This document shows positions 12,100 to 22,805 of a DNA stretch of 60,000 nt, in pieces. Within the stretch, counting starts at the first letter, position 1. Each line of letters starts with the position of its first letter. Position numbers and translations under genes: made by a program. The notes under the pieces are model-generated. The model saw nothing but the letters and a program-made list of their open reading frames with translations. It had not been told where the DNA came from and did not search any database. Origin of the DNA: Lama glama (Eukaryota); NCBI GenBank assembly GCA_028534125.1, contig CM052817.1, positions 746,001 through 806,000 of the forward strand, read 5' to 3'.

Positions 12100-12305
12100 A
12101 GCTCATCTGAATTCAAATTACCCTGGGAGACGCGCGCGGTGCCAGCCATAACTCAGCGCGGCGGGAGGAGCGGGCCGCCCGCAGATTGGACATTACCATA
12201 CATTCCTGGGGCGTCGGACAGGGCTGCTAATGAAAATATCAATCAAAAACTCAGCTGACTTAATGGTCAATTTAAATTAATTAATTGGGGAGGAGAAAAA
12301 AGTCG
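12100..12305. promoter_or_regulatory. CpG-rich plus homeodomain-site element (island 4)
   Basis: CpG cluster, ATTGG (12185-12189), ATCAATCA (12238-12245) and AATTAATTAATT (12275-12286). Confidence 0.55.
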
Positions 12306-13677
12306 AGGGGGCAGCACTGACGGGCTCCAACTCTGCCGGGCGGTGAGCAGCTGGGTGCTCCCCTGGGAGCCACCCGGGCCCGGGAGACAGGGCATCCCCT
12401 CCCAGGGACCCCCAGGACATCCGAGGGCCCCTACCTGGGAAGGGGTGCGAGGCCTGGCATTCCTGCCTCAGGAGCTCCCGGCCAGCTGCGGGGCAGCCTG
12501 CCCGACTGTCCAGCTTCGCTGTCCACAAGGACATCGGTCACTCCTGCCAGGTCCCCCCGTGGTCGCTGAGGAGCAGAAAAGCCCTGCGCCCTGCAGGATA
12601 GGGGGGAGGGTGACAACCACCCTCCACTCAGGTCTCCGCCTGGATGCCTGCCCTCCCAGCCAGGCCTCATCTCCTCGCCCGTGAAAGGGGATGGAGGCAT
12701 CCACCGCCCAGGGTGCTGCAGGCCGGGCGCCCCTCGGCCCCTCGGTGGGGTCAGTAGATGGTCCTCAGCACACAGACAGAGAGGGCAGGTCCCCAGAGGG
12801 TGGCCCCACACACCTGACGGACGCGAGCGGCCCAAGATCCACCCGAGAGGAGGCTCCGGAAGACCTGGCCCAGGGTCCCGGCGTAAGCAGAGACTCAGCC
12901 TCTGCTTCACCTTCGTCCCACAGGTAGCTGTCCCTGCAGACCAACCCCTCCCCCAGGCCTCCAGGTGACAGGCGCCCAAGGGCAGGGGCCGGCCGGGCAG
13001 CTGTGGCTCGGCCCCGAGTGGCCCCCAGAGGGCAGAGCAAGGCCCCGCAAGGCTGAGGGAGGAGGGATAACAGGTCCCTGGGCCCCCAGGGCAGCCCCCA
13101 CCCGGGCCGATTCCACCTCCAAGTCCTGCGGCCAAAATCAGGACGTGGGCGGCCCCCACTGTGGGGCCGAGTCCCAGAGCTTCACCATTAGTCAGACTAG
13201 CAGAGCTGGCTCCTACGTGGATGGGCCCTTGGCCCTTGGGCAGCAGAGGCTGGGGGCAGGGGTGGGCAGGACCCCACGGGCAGCAAGGAGGCTGTTGGTG
13301 CCAAGTTCACGTGAGTCCAGAGCAGTGGGGGGTCAGGCGGGTCAGGGTGGGGCTTGGGGGCTGGGGGTCCTGCCCTCCCTTTTGTGGGTGGGCACCTCAG
13401 AGTGGGGGGTTTGGGACCAGTGGGGGCTGTGGCTGGGCTTTGGGCTCGGGTGGGGTTTGGGGTCAGCGCTGGGGCACCACGTGTTGGGACTGGGGTTCCG
13501 GGGAGGCCATGGTGTCCATCACTGGGAGGGAAGGGAGTGGGGCCATATCTGCCCTTGGGCTGTTAGGCCCCAAGCTCCCGAGGGTCTGCCCACCCGGTTG
13601 TTACCTCTGGTCCTGCCAGGCCTCCTGCTCAGTGCCTGGCCAGGAAGACCACCCCAGGCTGCCCAGGTCCCCATAGG

Positions 13678-13790
13678 CCAGGCCCCGGGGGTACAGGGCC
13701 CGCCTGGCCCAGCACGCGCAGGGGACACAGCTCTGCCAGGCCTCGGGGGTACAGGGCCCGCCTGGCCCGGCAGTGGGGGGACACAGCTCT
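13678..13790. repeat. Imperfect tandem duplication, about 58-bp unit x2
   Basis: CCAGGCC(C/T)CGGGGGTACAGGGCCCGCCTGGCCC...GGGGACACAGCTCT occurs twice. Confidence 0.85.
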
Positions 13791-16700
13791 ACTCCTCAAG
13801 CCTGGAGCGCTGCGGCTGATCTGGCCAGACCCTGCGGAGGCCTCAGCAGCAGCCAAGGCCCACGGGGAAAGAGTGGGAGTTGGCGGAGGGAGCCCAGGCA
13901 AGGGGGCCTCAGGCCCCCACCCCTCCAGCGCTGGTCCCTGCAGCCACCCCTGCTCCCAGGGTTTCACTCAGCAGCTGGCTCCTCCCAAGGCCATGCCTCA
14001 AGTCCGTGGCAGCCTGGGGCTTCATCTCAACTCCCCAGAACCCCTTGGAGCCCACCCACTGAGGAGAGACTCCCTGGGGGATGCGGGCTGTGTGAGCTGT
14101 GTGGGCTCGGGCAAGTCCCTGACCCTCTCTGGACTCAGGGACCCATCTGCACATTGCAGTGTCCAGTGACCTGGGCCACACCCGCAGCTCCCCCTGCCCT
14201 GCCCAGCCCTGAGCCCCCACACCCATGACAAGCCCCTGAGGGCTGGACCTCCCTGGGGGGGCACCTCGCCCCGTCCACACCCCCAGCACTCTTCTGGGAG
14301 TACCCTTGAGCCCCTCCCAGGACCCAGCTCTGACTGGTAAGAGGAAGGAGCCACCAGAGCCCAGAGGGCCCTGGAGTGGGTGGGGCCGACAGGGGACACC
14401 ATCACCACCACCTCTGGGCCCAGAGCCTGCACCCCCGCCCCGGGCTGCAGACCACTGCAGGCCTGCCCACCCCTGGGAAGGCTGCTGTGTCGGCCACTGT
14501 GGGGGCGATCTTTGCTGCCACCCAGTGGCCGCCAGGGGCAGTGCGGGTAGAGCCACAGGGTGCGAGACCAGGGGCCTCCTGGAACCGGCCAGCAGAAGCA
14601 GAGCCCCACTCTGGGCCTGGACTGTGCACCCCAGAGGCCCAGCCAGAGAGCCCCTGGGGCCACTGAGGGTCTAGACAGAGCAATCAGTGCCTCAGTTTGG
14701 CCTGGCTCTCCAGCTCTGGGGAGAAGGGATCATCATTCCTCCAACTCCTGCACGTGGGAGCTGAGCGCCCCGCGAGGCCCAGACCCCAGCCCCTCATCAC
14801 TGGGAACACTTCATGCCTCCGTGCACTCAACTGACACTTGTCATCAGCTTCAAGCTGAGAAACAGGAGGCCTCGATCCGAGCGCAGGGCTCTCGGAGCAG
14901 AAGCCCCTGCCCAGCCTGCGGAGCCGCAAGCACAGCTGCTGCCCCTCCAGCCCTCGGGCCCCAGTCAGGAGGGCGGGAGGGAGGCGCCCCTCGCAGCCCC
15001 AGCCCGCGAGCCGAGCTGTTCTGGCCGCATCTGGGCCTGAGGGGCTGGGATGTCAGCAAGTGAGTATCTCAAGGGCCCTGCTGGCTGCAGGACCCCAGAG
15101 GGACTAAGCCCCCCACACCATCAGCCCCTCCCTCTCAGTGGCCCCTTTGTGCAGACATCCTGACTCCAGTCAGGACCACCTCCAGCCTCACCCACAGCCC
15201 CTGCTGTGTGGCCTTGGCCCGGCGTGGATGGCCACCTGGGGCCTGGCACACAGCGGGCCTACAGCAGCAGAAGCCCAGTGCTCAGGGCAGGCCCTGCCCA
15301 CACCCGGCTTTTGTGGGGACATGCTGGGGGCTCCCCAGAGGGGGTAGCAGGCCCTCAGGAAGGGGGAGCCAGCCCTGAGCCCCAGCCAGTCCCAGGGCTG
15401 TCCTCACACAGCAAGCCCACCTGGGTCCCCGAGGCAGTTCTAAGCACCAGGCCCCAGCACACGCAGGGGCCACCACACAGGGGCAACCAGCACAGCCGTT
15501 GGACACCCTGCCCCAATCAGCCCACCTCACCCTCACAACCCAGGTTCATGCAGAGGAGATGGCCATGCTGGGAAGTGGAGCCAGGCCCTGGGGCCTGTGT
15601 GAGGGCCCCCCTCCCGCATGCCACCCACAGCCCCCACAAGAAGGGAGGAGCCTTGGTGTATGTTAATGAATGGGTCGCCCTGCCCACTCACCTGCCAGGC
15701 TGATGAGGGGCTGTACCTGGACACCAGCATCACATGCAGGGCTTCAGCCATCCCAGGCTGAGCTGCACCATGCGGTCAGTGCACAGCAGACTGGCCACAC
15801 TCCCAGGAGGCCGGCAGAACAGGCATCCAGCCCCACTGGACAGACATCACACTGGGGCCCAAAGAACTGGGGCTCCAGCCCCTGTCCAAGACCCTGCATC
15901 CAGCCAGGCACTGGTGGTAGGGCTGGGTGCCAGGGCGCACAGGGCACGGACTAGGGGGTGGCAGACTCTGTGAAGCACCAGGGTCAGTATCTCCTTTTGT
16001 GAGCCTGACAGCCCCCAGCTCCCTCTTGCCCCTGCCATCTGACACTCCACTTCAGAGGCAACAGTGGGCTGGGCGTGGCCCGGGGGCCATAGGCTGCTGG
16101 CCTTCGGTCACGACTCCCACCTCCTGGGTTCAAGCCCAGTGTGGGCTGCACCCAGTGGCAGAGGAGACAAGAGGCACTTCCAAGATCAGGCTTCCGAGAC
16201 AGTGCCCCTGCCTTGGGAGCTCGGGGCTGGCTGGCCCACCCACAGGAGTCGGCTGAGTGCCCACTTCCTCAGAGAGGCCTTGGCAGAAGGAATGAGGAAA
16301 CATATGCCCTGCAGTCTGGGTGGGACATACGTGGGGATACCATGGCCACTGACTGCACACAACAGAGCTGTCCACAACCAGTGGGTACAATGAGCCTGCC
16401 CACACACAACAGGACAGAAAGCCAGGAGGGCAGGGCAGTGCCAGGGCCACAGAGCGCTGGTTGTGGGGGTGCGGGAGGTAAAGACCTGTGTGAGTTTCAG
16501 ACTTTGCAAGGCAAGGCCTCGTCATGACAGCTGGGTGCCCGCTTGCAGAGCAGAAACAGAGCTCACAGCATCGCAGCCAGGAGGAGGCAGCAGGAGGCAC
16601 AGAATCCAGTGACAGAAGACTGACAGTGAGTGAGACACACCAGCGCTCCAGGTAAAGTGGAAAGGGGAATTAAGAGAACCACTCCAGTCGGCTCACCAAA

Positions 16701-16979
16701 GGCCTGACAGCCAAGGCTGCAGAAAGATTCAAAGCAGAACGTCACAAAAACATACACCTGGTCAGAGAGCAGAGGACGTCAAAGCCCTTGGCGCCTGAAG
16801 AGAACACGCATCACACTTACAGCCAGGGGTGCCAGAAGGGCAGCGTCTGCAGGGGATTTTCAGGAACTGACGTCCACGCAAGATGAGGCTTTCCTAGTGG
16901 GCACCCGGGGTGGGCGCCTGGCTGGCACGGTGGGTCCAGGACCAGGGGAGGCAATGGGCTTGGTCCACAGTCCAAACTA

Positions 16980-17920
16980 CCACACGTCTAATGTGTTTGG
17001 AGCTGGAGGCCCAGAGGGCAGGAGAGAGAAGACTGCAGAACGAAGTCTAACAACCCGTCGAGTTCACAAGCTGGCTGAAACAGCAGCAACCAAGCACGAT
17101 AAATATGAAGAAAAACCACTCCTACGTATGTCACGGCCAACTCCTGAAAACCAAAAATAAAGCACAAATCTCAAAAGCCGCCAGGGAGGAAAAAAAAGAA
17201 AAAAGGCACGTTGCATCCAGAGAGGCAACAATAAACTCACTTCTGATCACTCACCGGAAACTATGCCAGCCGGAAGACAATGGAACGGCATCTTTAAAGA
17301 AGGAGACGGACTAGAATTCTGCCTCTGGCAAAACTGCACTTCCACAGTCAAGGCAAAATGAAGATATTTCCAGACAAATGACAGCTGAGTCATCAGGCTC
17401 AACTACAAGACCTGCTAAAAGGGGGTTTTCAGGCCGGAGCAACATCCAGCAGAAGCTCAGGTCTACTGGATGGCATCAAAAATGGAACCGCGGCGGCCGA
17501 AAGGTGTTACAGCTAGATTAATGTCACACAAAACAGAACTTAATCAAAACTATCACTAGAGATAAAGAGGGTCAATTTGTAATTACAAAAGATTCAATTC
17601 GACAGAAATATATCATCAACCTGAACGCATCTACAAAAACCACAAGGAGAAACAGCCCGTCAGCCACTGTCAACTCCTACACGGCTGTCGCTACTCAGTG
17701 TCTCAGGAGACGAAATATTCGATAAGGATGTAGAAGATTTGTGCAATTAGCCTAGGTCTTACACACATATGCAGAATGCTACAAACATCTGCAGAATGTG
17801 TGTTCTTTCCAAGCACAGGTGGAGTATCTAGGAAAAGTGGCTGTATGTCAGGCCATAGACTTTGAGCAGATTTCCTGCCTTAATGCAAGGGAGTTAAATG
17901 TCAGCAACAGAACAGAAAAC
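16980..17920 (+). mobile_element. Old L1 ORF1 C-terminal and ORF2 endonuclease remnants
   Basis: CTGAAAACCAAAAATAAAG...ATCTCAAAAGCCGCCAG...GAAACTATGCCAGCCGGAAGACAATGGAAC...TCACTAGAGATAAAGAGGG. Confidence 0.75.
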
Positions 17921-17959
17921 AAACTCCACGGGCACGATCCCAGCCCACCAGGACTGACA

Positions 17960-18600
17960 GCCACTCAGAACAAGTGTCGGTTCGTGGGGAGCCTGGACCC
18001 CTTGTGCGCTGCTGGTGGGAACACGAAACGGCGCCACTGCTGTGGAAACCAGTAGGTGGTTACTCAAAAATTTAAACAGAGAATTACTACAGGATGCAGC
18101 TGTTCCATCTCTGGGTATGTACTCAAAAGAATTGAAAGCAGGGTCTCAAAGAGGTATCTGTACCCGCATGTGCATAGCAGCATTGTTCACAACAGGCAAA
18201 GGGTAGAAGAAACACAAGTGTCCACCCACACAGTGGAACATTATTCAGCCTGGAAAGCGAGGGACATTCTGACACCTGCTACAGCGCAGATTAACCTTGA
18301 AGGGTGTTATGCTGAGCAAAATAAGCCAGGCACAAAAACCCAAACACTGTCTCATTCCTCTTACAGGCAGTCCCTAGACGAGTCAAATCCATAGAGACAG
18401 AAAGTAGGGTGGTGGGTGCCAGGGCTGGGGGAATGGGGAGTCAGTGTAATGGGGACACTGTTATTTGGGAAGATGGAAAAGTTCTGTGCACGAGTGGTGG
18501 TGACGGCTGCACAGCAGTGTGAATGCACTTAATGCCACTGAGCTGCACGCTTAGAAATGATTAACATGGTAAGTTTTGTTATATGTACATTTAAAAAAAT
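17960..18600 (+). mobile_element. L1MB-type 3' end
   Basis: GCTGGTGGGAA...AAAGAATTGAAAGCAGGGTCTCAAAGAG...AATCCATAGAGACAGAAAGTAG...GTGAATGCACTTAATGCCACTGA. Confidence 0.85.
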
Positions 18601-18770
18601 GGAGATGGAGTCTTTAAAGAGGTGAATAATGTAAAGTGAAGTCTTTAGGGTGAGCCCTGATCCAATCTGACTGGTGTCCCTGTGAGAAGAGGAGATTAGG
18701 ACACAGACACACACAGAGGGATGGCCGCATGGGGACACAGGGAGGAGATGGCTGTTGCACTCCCAGGAGA
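18601..18770 (+). mobile_element. MLT1A/B-type MaLR LTR fragment
   Basis: GGGTGAGCCCTGATCCAATCTGACTGGTGTCCCTGTGAGAAGAGGAGATTAGGACACAGAC. Confidence 0.8.
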
Positions 18771-19174
18771 ACATGCCTGCCCACTCGTGGGGCTGGGGCT
18801 TGCCTCCTCCAGGCCTGGTACCCCCTAGCCCTCGATTCTTTGTCTTCATGGTTCAGGGAGGACCTGGGGCCACAGGACGATCCCCCTGCCCACGCAGGAA
18901 TCCCCAACAAGCCACTCCCAGGCCACCCATGGGTGGGCCTCCAAGATGTGGTTGTGGCCTATTAATCCAGACCCAAACAAGGGGTATGAGACCAGGGGTG
19001 CCCCCCTGAGCACCTCAGGGGAAACAGCTCCAGGGTGAGGAGGCAGCAGTGCCCCGATCTCCCCCAGAGGCTCAGAAGGCGGTGGACAAACTGGAAAGAG
19101 GACGAGGCCTGAGTCCTCTCCCATACGTCCTTGTCCGTGCAGCACTCACCTGGGTCAGAAACCACAGAACATCC

Positions 19175-19352
19175 CCACATGCGTGCACGCGTGTGCATGC
19201 GTGTACACACCTGCACCTCCATACACACACTCACACATGTGTATGACCACACGAGGGCAGGCATACGGATGTGCAGCGCTCACACACACACACGTGGGCC
19301 CAGAGGTGTGCACACATGTGCATGCACTCAGGTACACGCTTGCGCACACATG
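19175..19352. repeat. Degenerate CA/TG low-complexity repeat
   Basis: Alternating purine-pyrimidine runs (GTGCAC, CACACA). Confidence 0.75.
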
Positions 19353-19364
19353 CCTCGCTCCGTC

Positions 19365-20010
19365 CCAAACATAAAACATTTCCAGCCTAGTTATTTGAAC
19401 CAATGCAATGAACCTAAAAATCGCTAAAAGGATCTAAAAAAGAAGCCAGGCAATGTGGAAATTCCAAGCAACCCTCCTGAATCACCCCTGGGTCAGAGAG
19501 CAAATAAAAGTGGCCGTGACAGACGATTTTACATCTGCTGGGAGAGGGGCTGCACGTCCGCGGAGGCGGCTTCAGGAGGAGCTGGCGGAGAATTCACAGC
19601 CTTAAATGTTTTTATTACTGAGCAAGAGAGACTGGAAATAAATGAACTAAACATTCGACACAAGGAGGGAAAACAGAACAATAAAGTGAATCCACGGGAG
19701 GCAGGAGGGGGTTGCAGATAAAGGCGGATTAATGGATTGGAAACAAGAAAAATGGGGGAACTTGTCAGTAAATCCAAGAGCTGGCTCCTCAAAATAAATA
19801 AATACAATCAGCAAACCTCTGCCCGGTCTAATCAGTAGAGCTCGCGAACACGGGCAGCACGAGGGCCGAGGACAGGGCGCTAGGGCGCCAGGATGACAAG
19901 TGACGAGTTAACACGCCGGATATTCTCGATGAAACTGACAATTTCCTAAGGCAATATAGGTGACCTGAATCATCTTACAAAGGGTTTACAAAGCTATACC
20001 CACAACTGCA
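19365..20010 (+). mobile_element. Old L1 ORF2 fragment
   Basis: GAGAATTCACAGCCTTAAATG...GAAATAAATGAACTAAACATT...AATCCAAGAGCTGGCTCCTCAAAA. Confidence 0.7.
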
Positions 20011-20719
20011 GAGCGACAAAAAGAGGCATGTGATGGGGGTCACTTGCCCTCCCACTCGATCCCGGGACAGAAGCCCACAGTTGGGAGGTCCAGGGCTGTG
20101 GGCACCACGGGAGGGCTGCCCAGCTGAGCATGGGGGCCAAGGTCGGGGGCAAGGTCAGGGGCGTGAGGGGCTCGGCACCTGCGGGCTGGTGGCCGCAGGG
20201 AACCAGGGCCTCCCCCGGGGCTGGGCAGAGGGCTGGGTGGAGGCCGGGGGAGCCGGGCTCTGCTCGCCCTGGATCCTCACCACTCTGCCCTTGACTCTGA
20301 CCGCCTCTGAGCTCCATACCCCACCCCCATCCCTCCACGAGGTCCAGAGAGACGGGAACCCAGAGAGAGACGGAGGCCAGTGGCCGGCCAGCAGCAGGGT
20401 CCCCGGCCCTGTCTGGCCTCACACGGTGCTCAGGGCACATTTTCTCCCCCTGGCGTATTGTGTAAGACTTGCCCACAGTGGTCCGGGGCAGGTGTGGTCT
20501 TTGCGGGAAGACGGCCGCTGCTCAGTGGCTGCAGGCCCGCCGCTGGGCCCTGACCTCTGGCGCCAGTTTCTGGCACTGCTTCCCTGGGAACCTGCTTGCT
20601 CGCCCGGCTTGCTGACGACACCCTCACTCTGCTCCCTCCGGCTCCTCCCTCGGGCTGCGTCAGCTCCGCCCATCCATGCTCCTGTTTTGTTCTTTCCTTC
20701 TTCTTTGGCTTTATTCTTT

Positions 20720-21672
20720 TTTTGGACCATTGCTAATTTATGTATTTATTTTACAACATAATTTCCAAACTGAAGTGTGGTTGATGTACAATATTCTATG
20801 TTACAGGCATACTGCATAGCGACTCACAGATTTCTAAAGGCTATACTCCATTTATACCGATTATGCCCTGCTNNNNNNNNNNNNNNNNNNNNNNNNNNNN
20901 NNNNNNNNNNNNNNNNNNNNNNNNNNNNNNNNNNNNNNNNNNNNNNNNNNNNNNNNNNNNNNNNNNNNNNNNGGCCAACGGGAACATGAAAAGTTGCTCA
21001 ACATCACTTGTATCAGACATTCAAATCCAAATCACAGTGAGACGTCATCTCAAACCTGTCAGAACGGCCATCATCAAAAAGAGCACAAATAACAAATGTC
21101 GGCAAGGATGTGGAGAAAAGGGAACCCTTGTACACTGTCGGTGGGAATGAAAATTGGTGCAGCCACTATGGGAAACAATATGGAGGTTTCTCAAAAAACT
21201 GAAAATAGAACCACCATATGGCCCAGCAACTCCACTCCTGGGCATATATCCAAGAAAGACAAAAACATTAACTCAAAAAGATACATACACTCTGCTATTA
21301 ACAACAGCATTATTTATAATTACCAGGATATGGAAGCATCCTAAGTGCACATCAGTAGATGATTGAGTAAAGAAGATGTAGCACATATACACAATGGAAT
21401 ATAACTCACCCACGAAAAAGAAGGATATTTTGCCATCTGCGGCCTTCATTCACTTTTTTTTTCCACTTCAAAAACCAGAAATTTATAACTGGCATAAACA
21501 TTTCCATTGCATCAAAAACAACAAAATGCCTAGAAATAAACTTATCAAAGGAGGTTATCTATACACTGAAAACTGTAAAACATTGGTGAAGGAAATTGAA
21601 GATGATACAAAGAAATGGAAAGACATCTTGTGCTCTTGGATTGGAAGAACCAACATTAGCAAAATGGCCATC
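20720..21672 (-). mobile_element. Rearranged (5'-inverted) L1 insertion flanked by a 13-bp TSD, spanning an assembly gap
   Basis: L1 3' terminus on minus (about 20735-20872). L1 ORF2-end/3' UTR on plus (20973-21440). More upstream ORF2 piece on plus (about 21503-21672). GGCTTTATTCTTT at 20707-20719 and 21673-21685. Confidence 0.75.
20873..20972. other. Assembly gap (100 N)
   Basis: Run of exactly 100 N, the usual placeholder for a gap of unknown size. Confidence 0.99.
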
Positions 21673-21781
21673 GGCTTTATTCTTTCATTCCCCGAATTCG
21701 GGGGTCAGAAAACAACCCCTGAAATGTGACTGCTGGGAGCACAGGATGGATTTAACTCTTCTGGGGGAAGGACAATATTCG

Positions 21782-21858
21782 ACAGAGACCGTCTGTAGCC
21801 CTCAAAATCCAAAATGTTTACTATCTGGCTGTTGCAAGAAGAAGTTTGCTGACCTTTG
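21782..21858. mobile_element. MER58-like hAT-Charlie DNA transposon end
   Basis: ACAGAGACCG...AAAATGTTTACTATCTGGC...AGAAGAAGTTTGCTGACC. Confidence 0.7.
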
Positions 21859-21864
21859 TTGAAT

Positions 21865-22520
21865 TTCTTAAATTATGTGCTCAGCTCATTAATTTTGACT
21901 TTTTTCGTAACATAATCACACAGGGGTATAAATCTCCCCCCCAGTCACAGCCTCAGAGGTATTCGGCAAGTTTTATTTGCAGCATTTTCATTGTCACTCT
22001 GTTCTAAGTATTTTCTAACTTGTGATTTCTTCTTTGACCCGTGAGTTGTTTGTTTGTTTGTTTTAGTGGAGGTACTGGGAATCGAACCCAGGGCCTCCGC
22101 ATGCTAAGCGTGAGCTCTACCACTGAGCTGCACCCTCCCCCACACCCCCACACCCCCACATGAAGTGTATTTTTTAGATTTCTAAACAAATGAGGCTTTG
22201 TGTGCTTCCTTTTTGTTTTCAAGTTGTGTTAAGAAAGTATGATCCATATGATATAAATTCCTTGAAATCACTTGACATTTTCTTTCTGGCCCATTAATGG
22301 TTGATTTTGTACCGGGAATTAGTGCAATTTCCCAATTGTCAGGAGCTGCATTTCACAGACGTCTGTTAGCTGGAGCTCACTAACCAGAGCAATCAAATCT
22401 TCTATACCCGTATTGTGTTCTTTTGAACAATTAACTACTATGGGAGGATTAGCAAAAAATCTCCAACGATGGTGGGTCAGTGAATTTCTGCATGTAATTT
22501 TGTCAAGTTTTTGCTGCAGC
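21865..22520 (-). mobile_element. Ancient L1 fragment (antisense), interrupted by a SINE
   Basis: T-rich L1 antisense motifs such as TGTGATTTCTTCTTTGACCC and TCTGTTAGCTGGAGCTC. Confidence 0.6.
22046..22140 (-). mobile_element. tRNA-Ala-derived SINE (vic-1-like) with (AAAC)n tail
   Basis: Minus strand GGGGAGGGTGCAGCTCAGTGGTAGAG...GGTTCGATTCCCAGTACCTCCACTAAAACAAACAAAC. Confidence 0.85.
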
Positions 22521-22654
22521 AAGCGAGTGGGAAGTTACACGTGTGGCTTTCCCACCCACTCACAGAAGAGCTTAGCCCATTTTTCCCATTATGCTTCCTG
22601 ATACGTTATTTTGACCCCCTCCCCTCTCATTCTTGACCCTCGAGCCCCACCCCC

Positions 22655-22805
22655 AGGCTGCTCCTGCCTCAGGGCCTTTGCACTGGCTGTTTCTGCTGCA
22701 TGAACATTTTGCCCGGACGCCCTCTCTCTCTCACCTCCTCAAGCCTACAGCAGGGCCCAGCACCCAGGAACTGGGCAGTCAACAGCTACTGAACGAGCAG
22801 GTGCA
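22655..22805 (+). mobile_element. L2 3' fragment
   Basis: CCTGCCTCAGGGCCTTTGCACTGGCTGTT. Confidence 0.55.
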
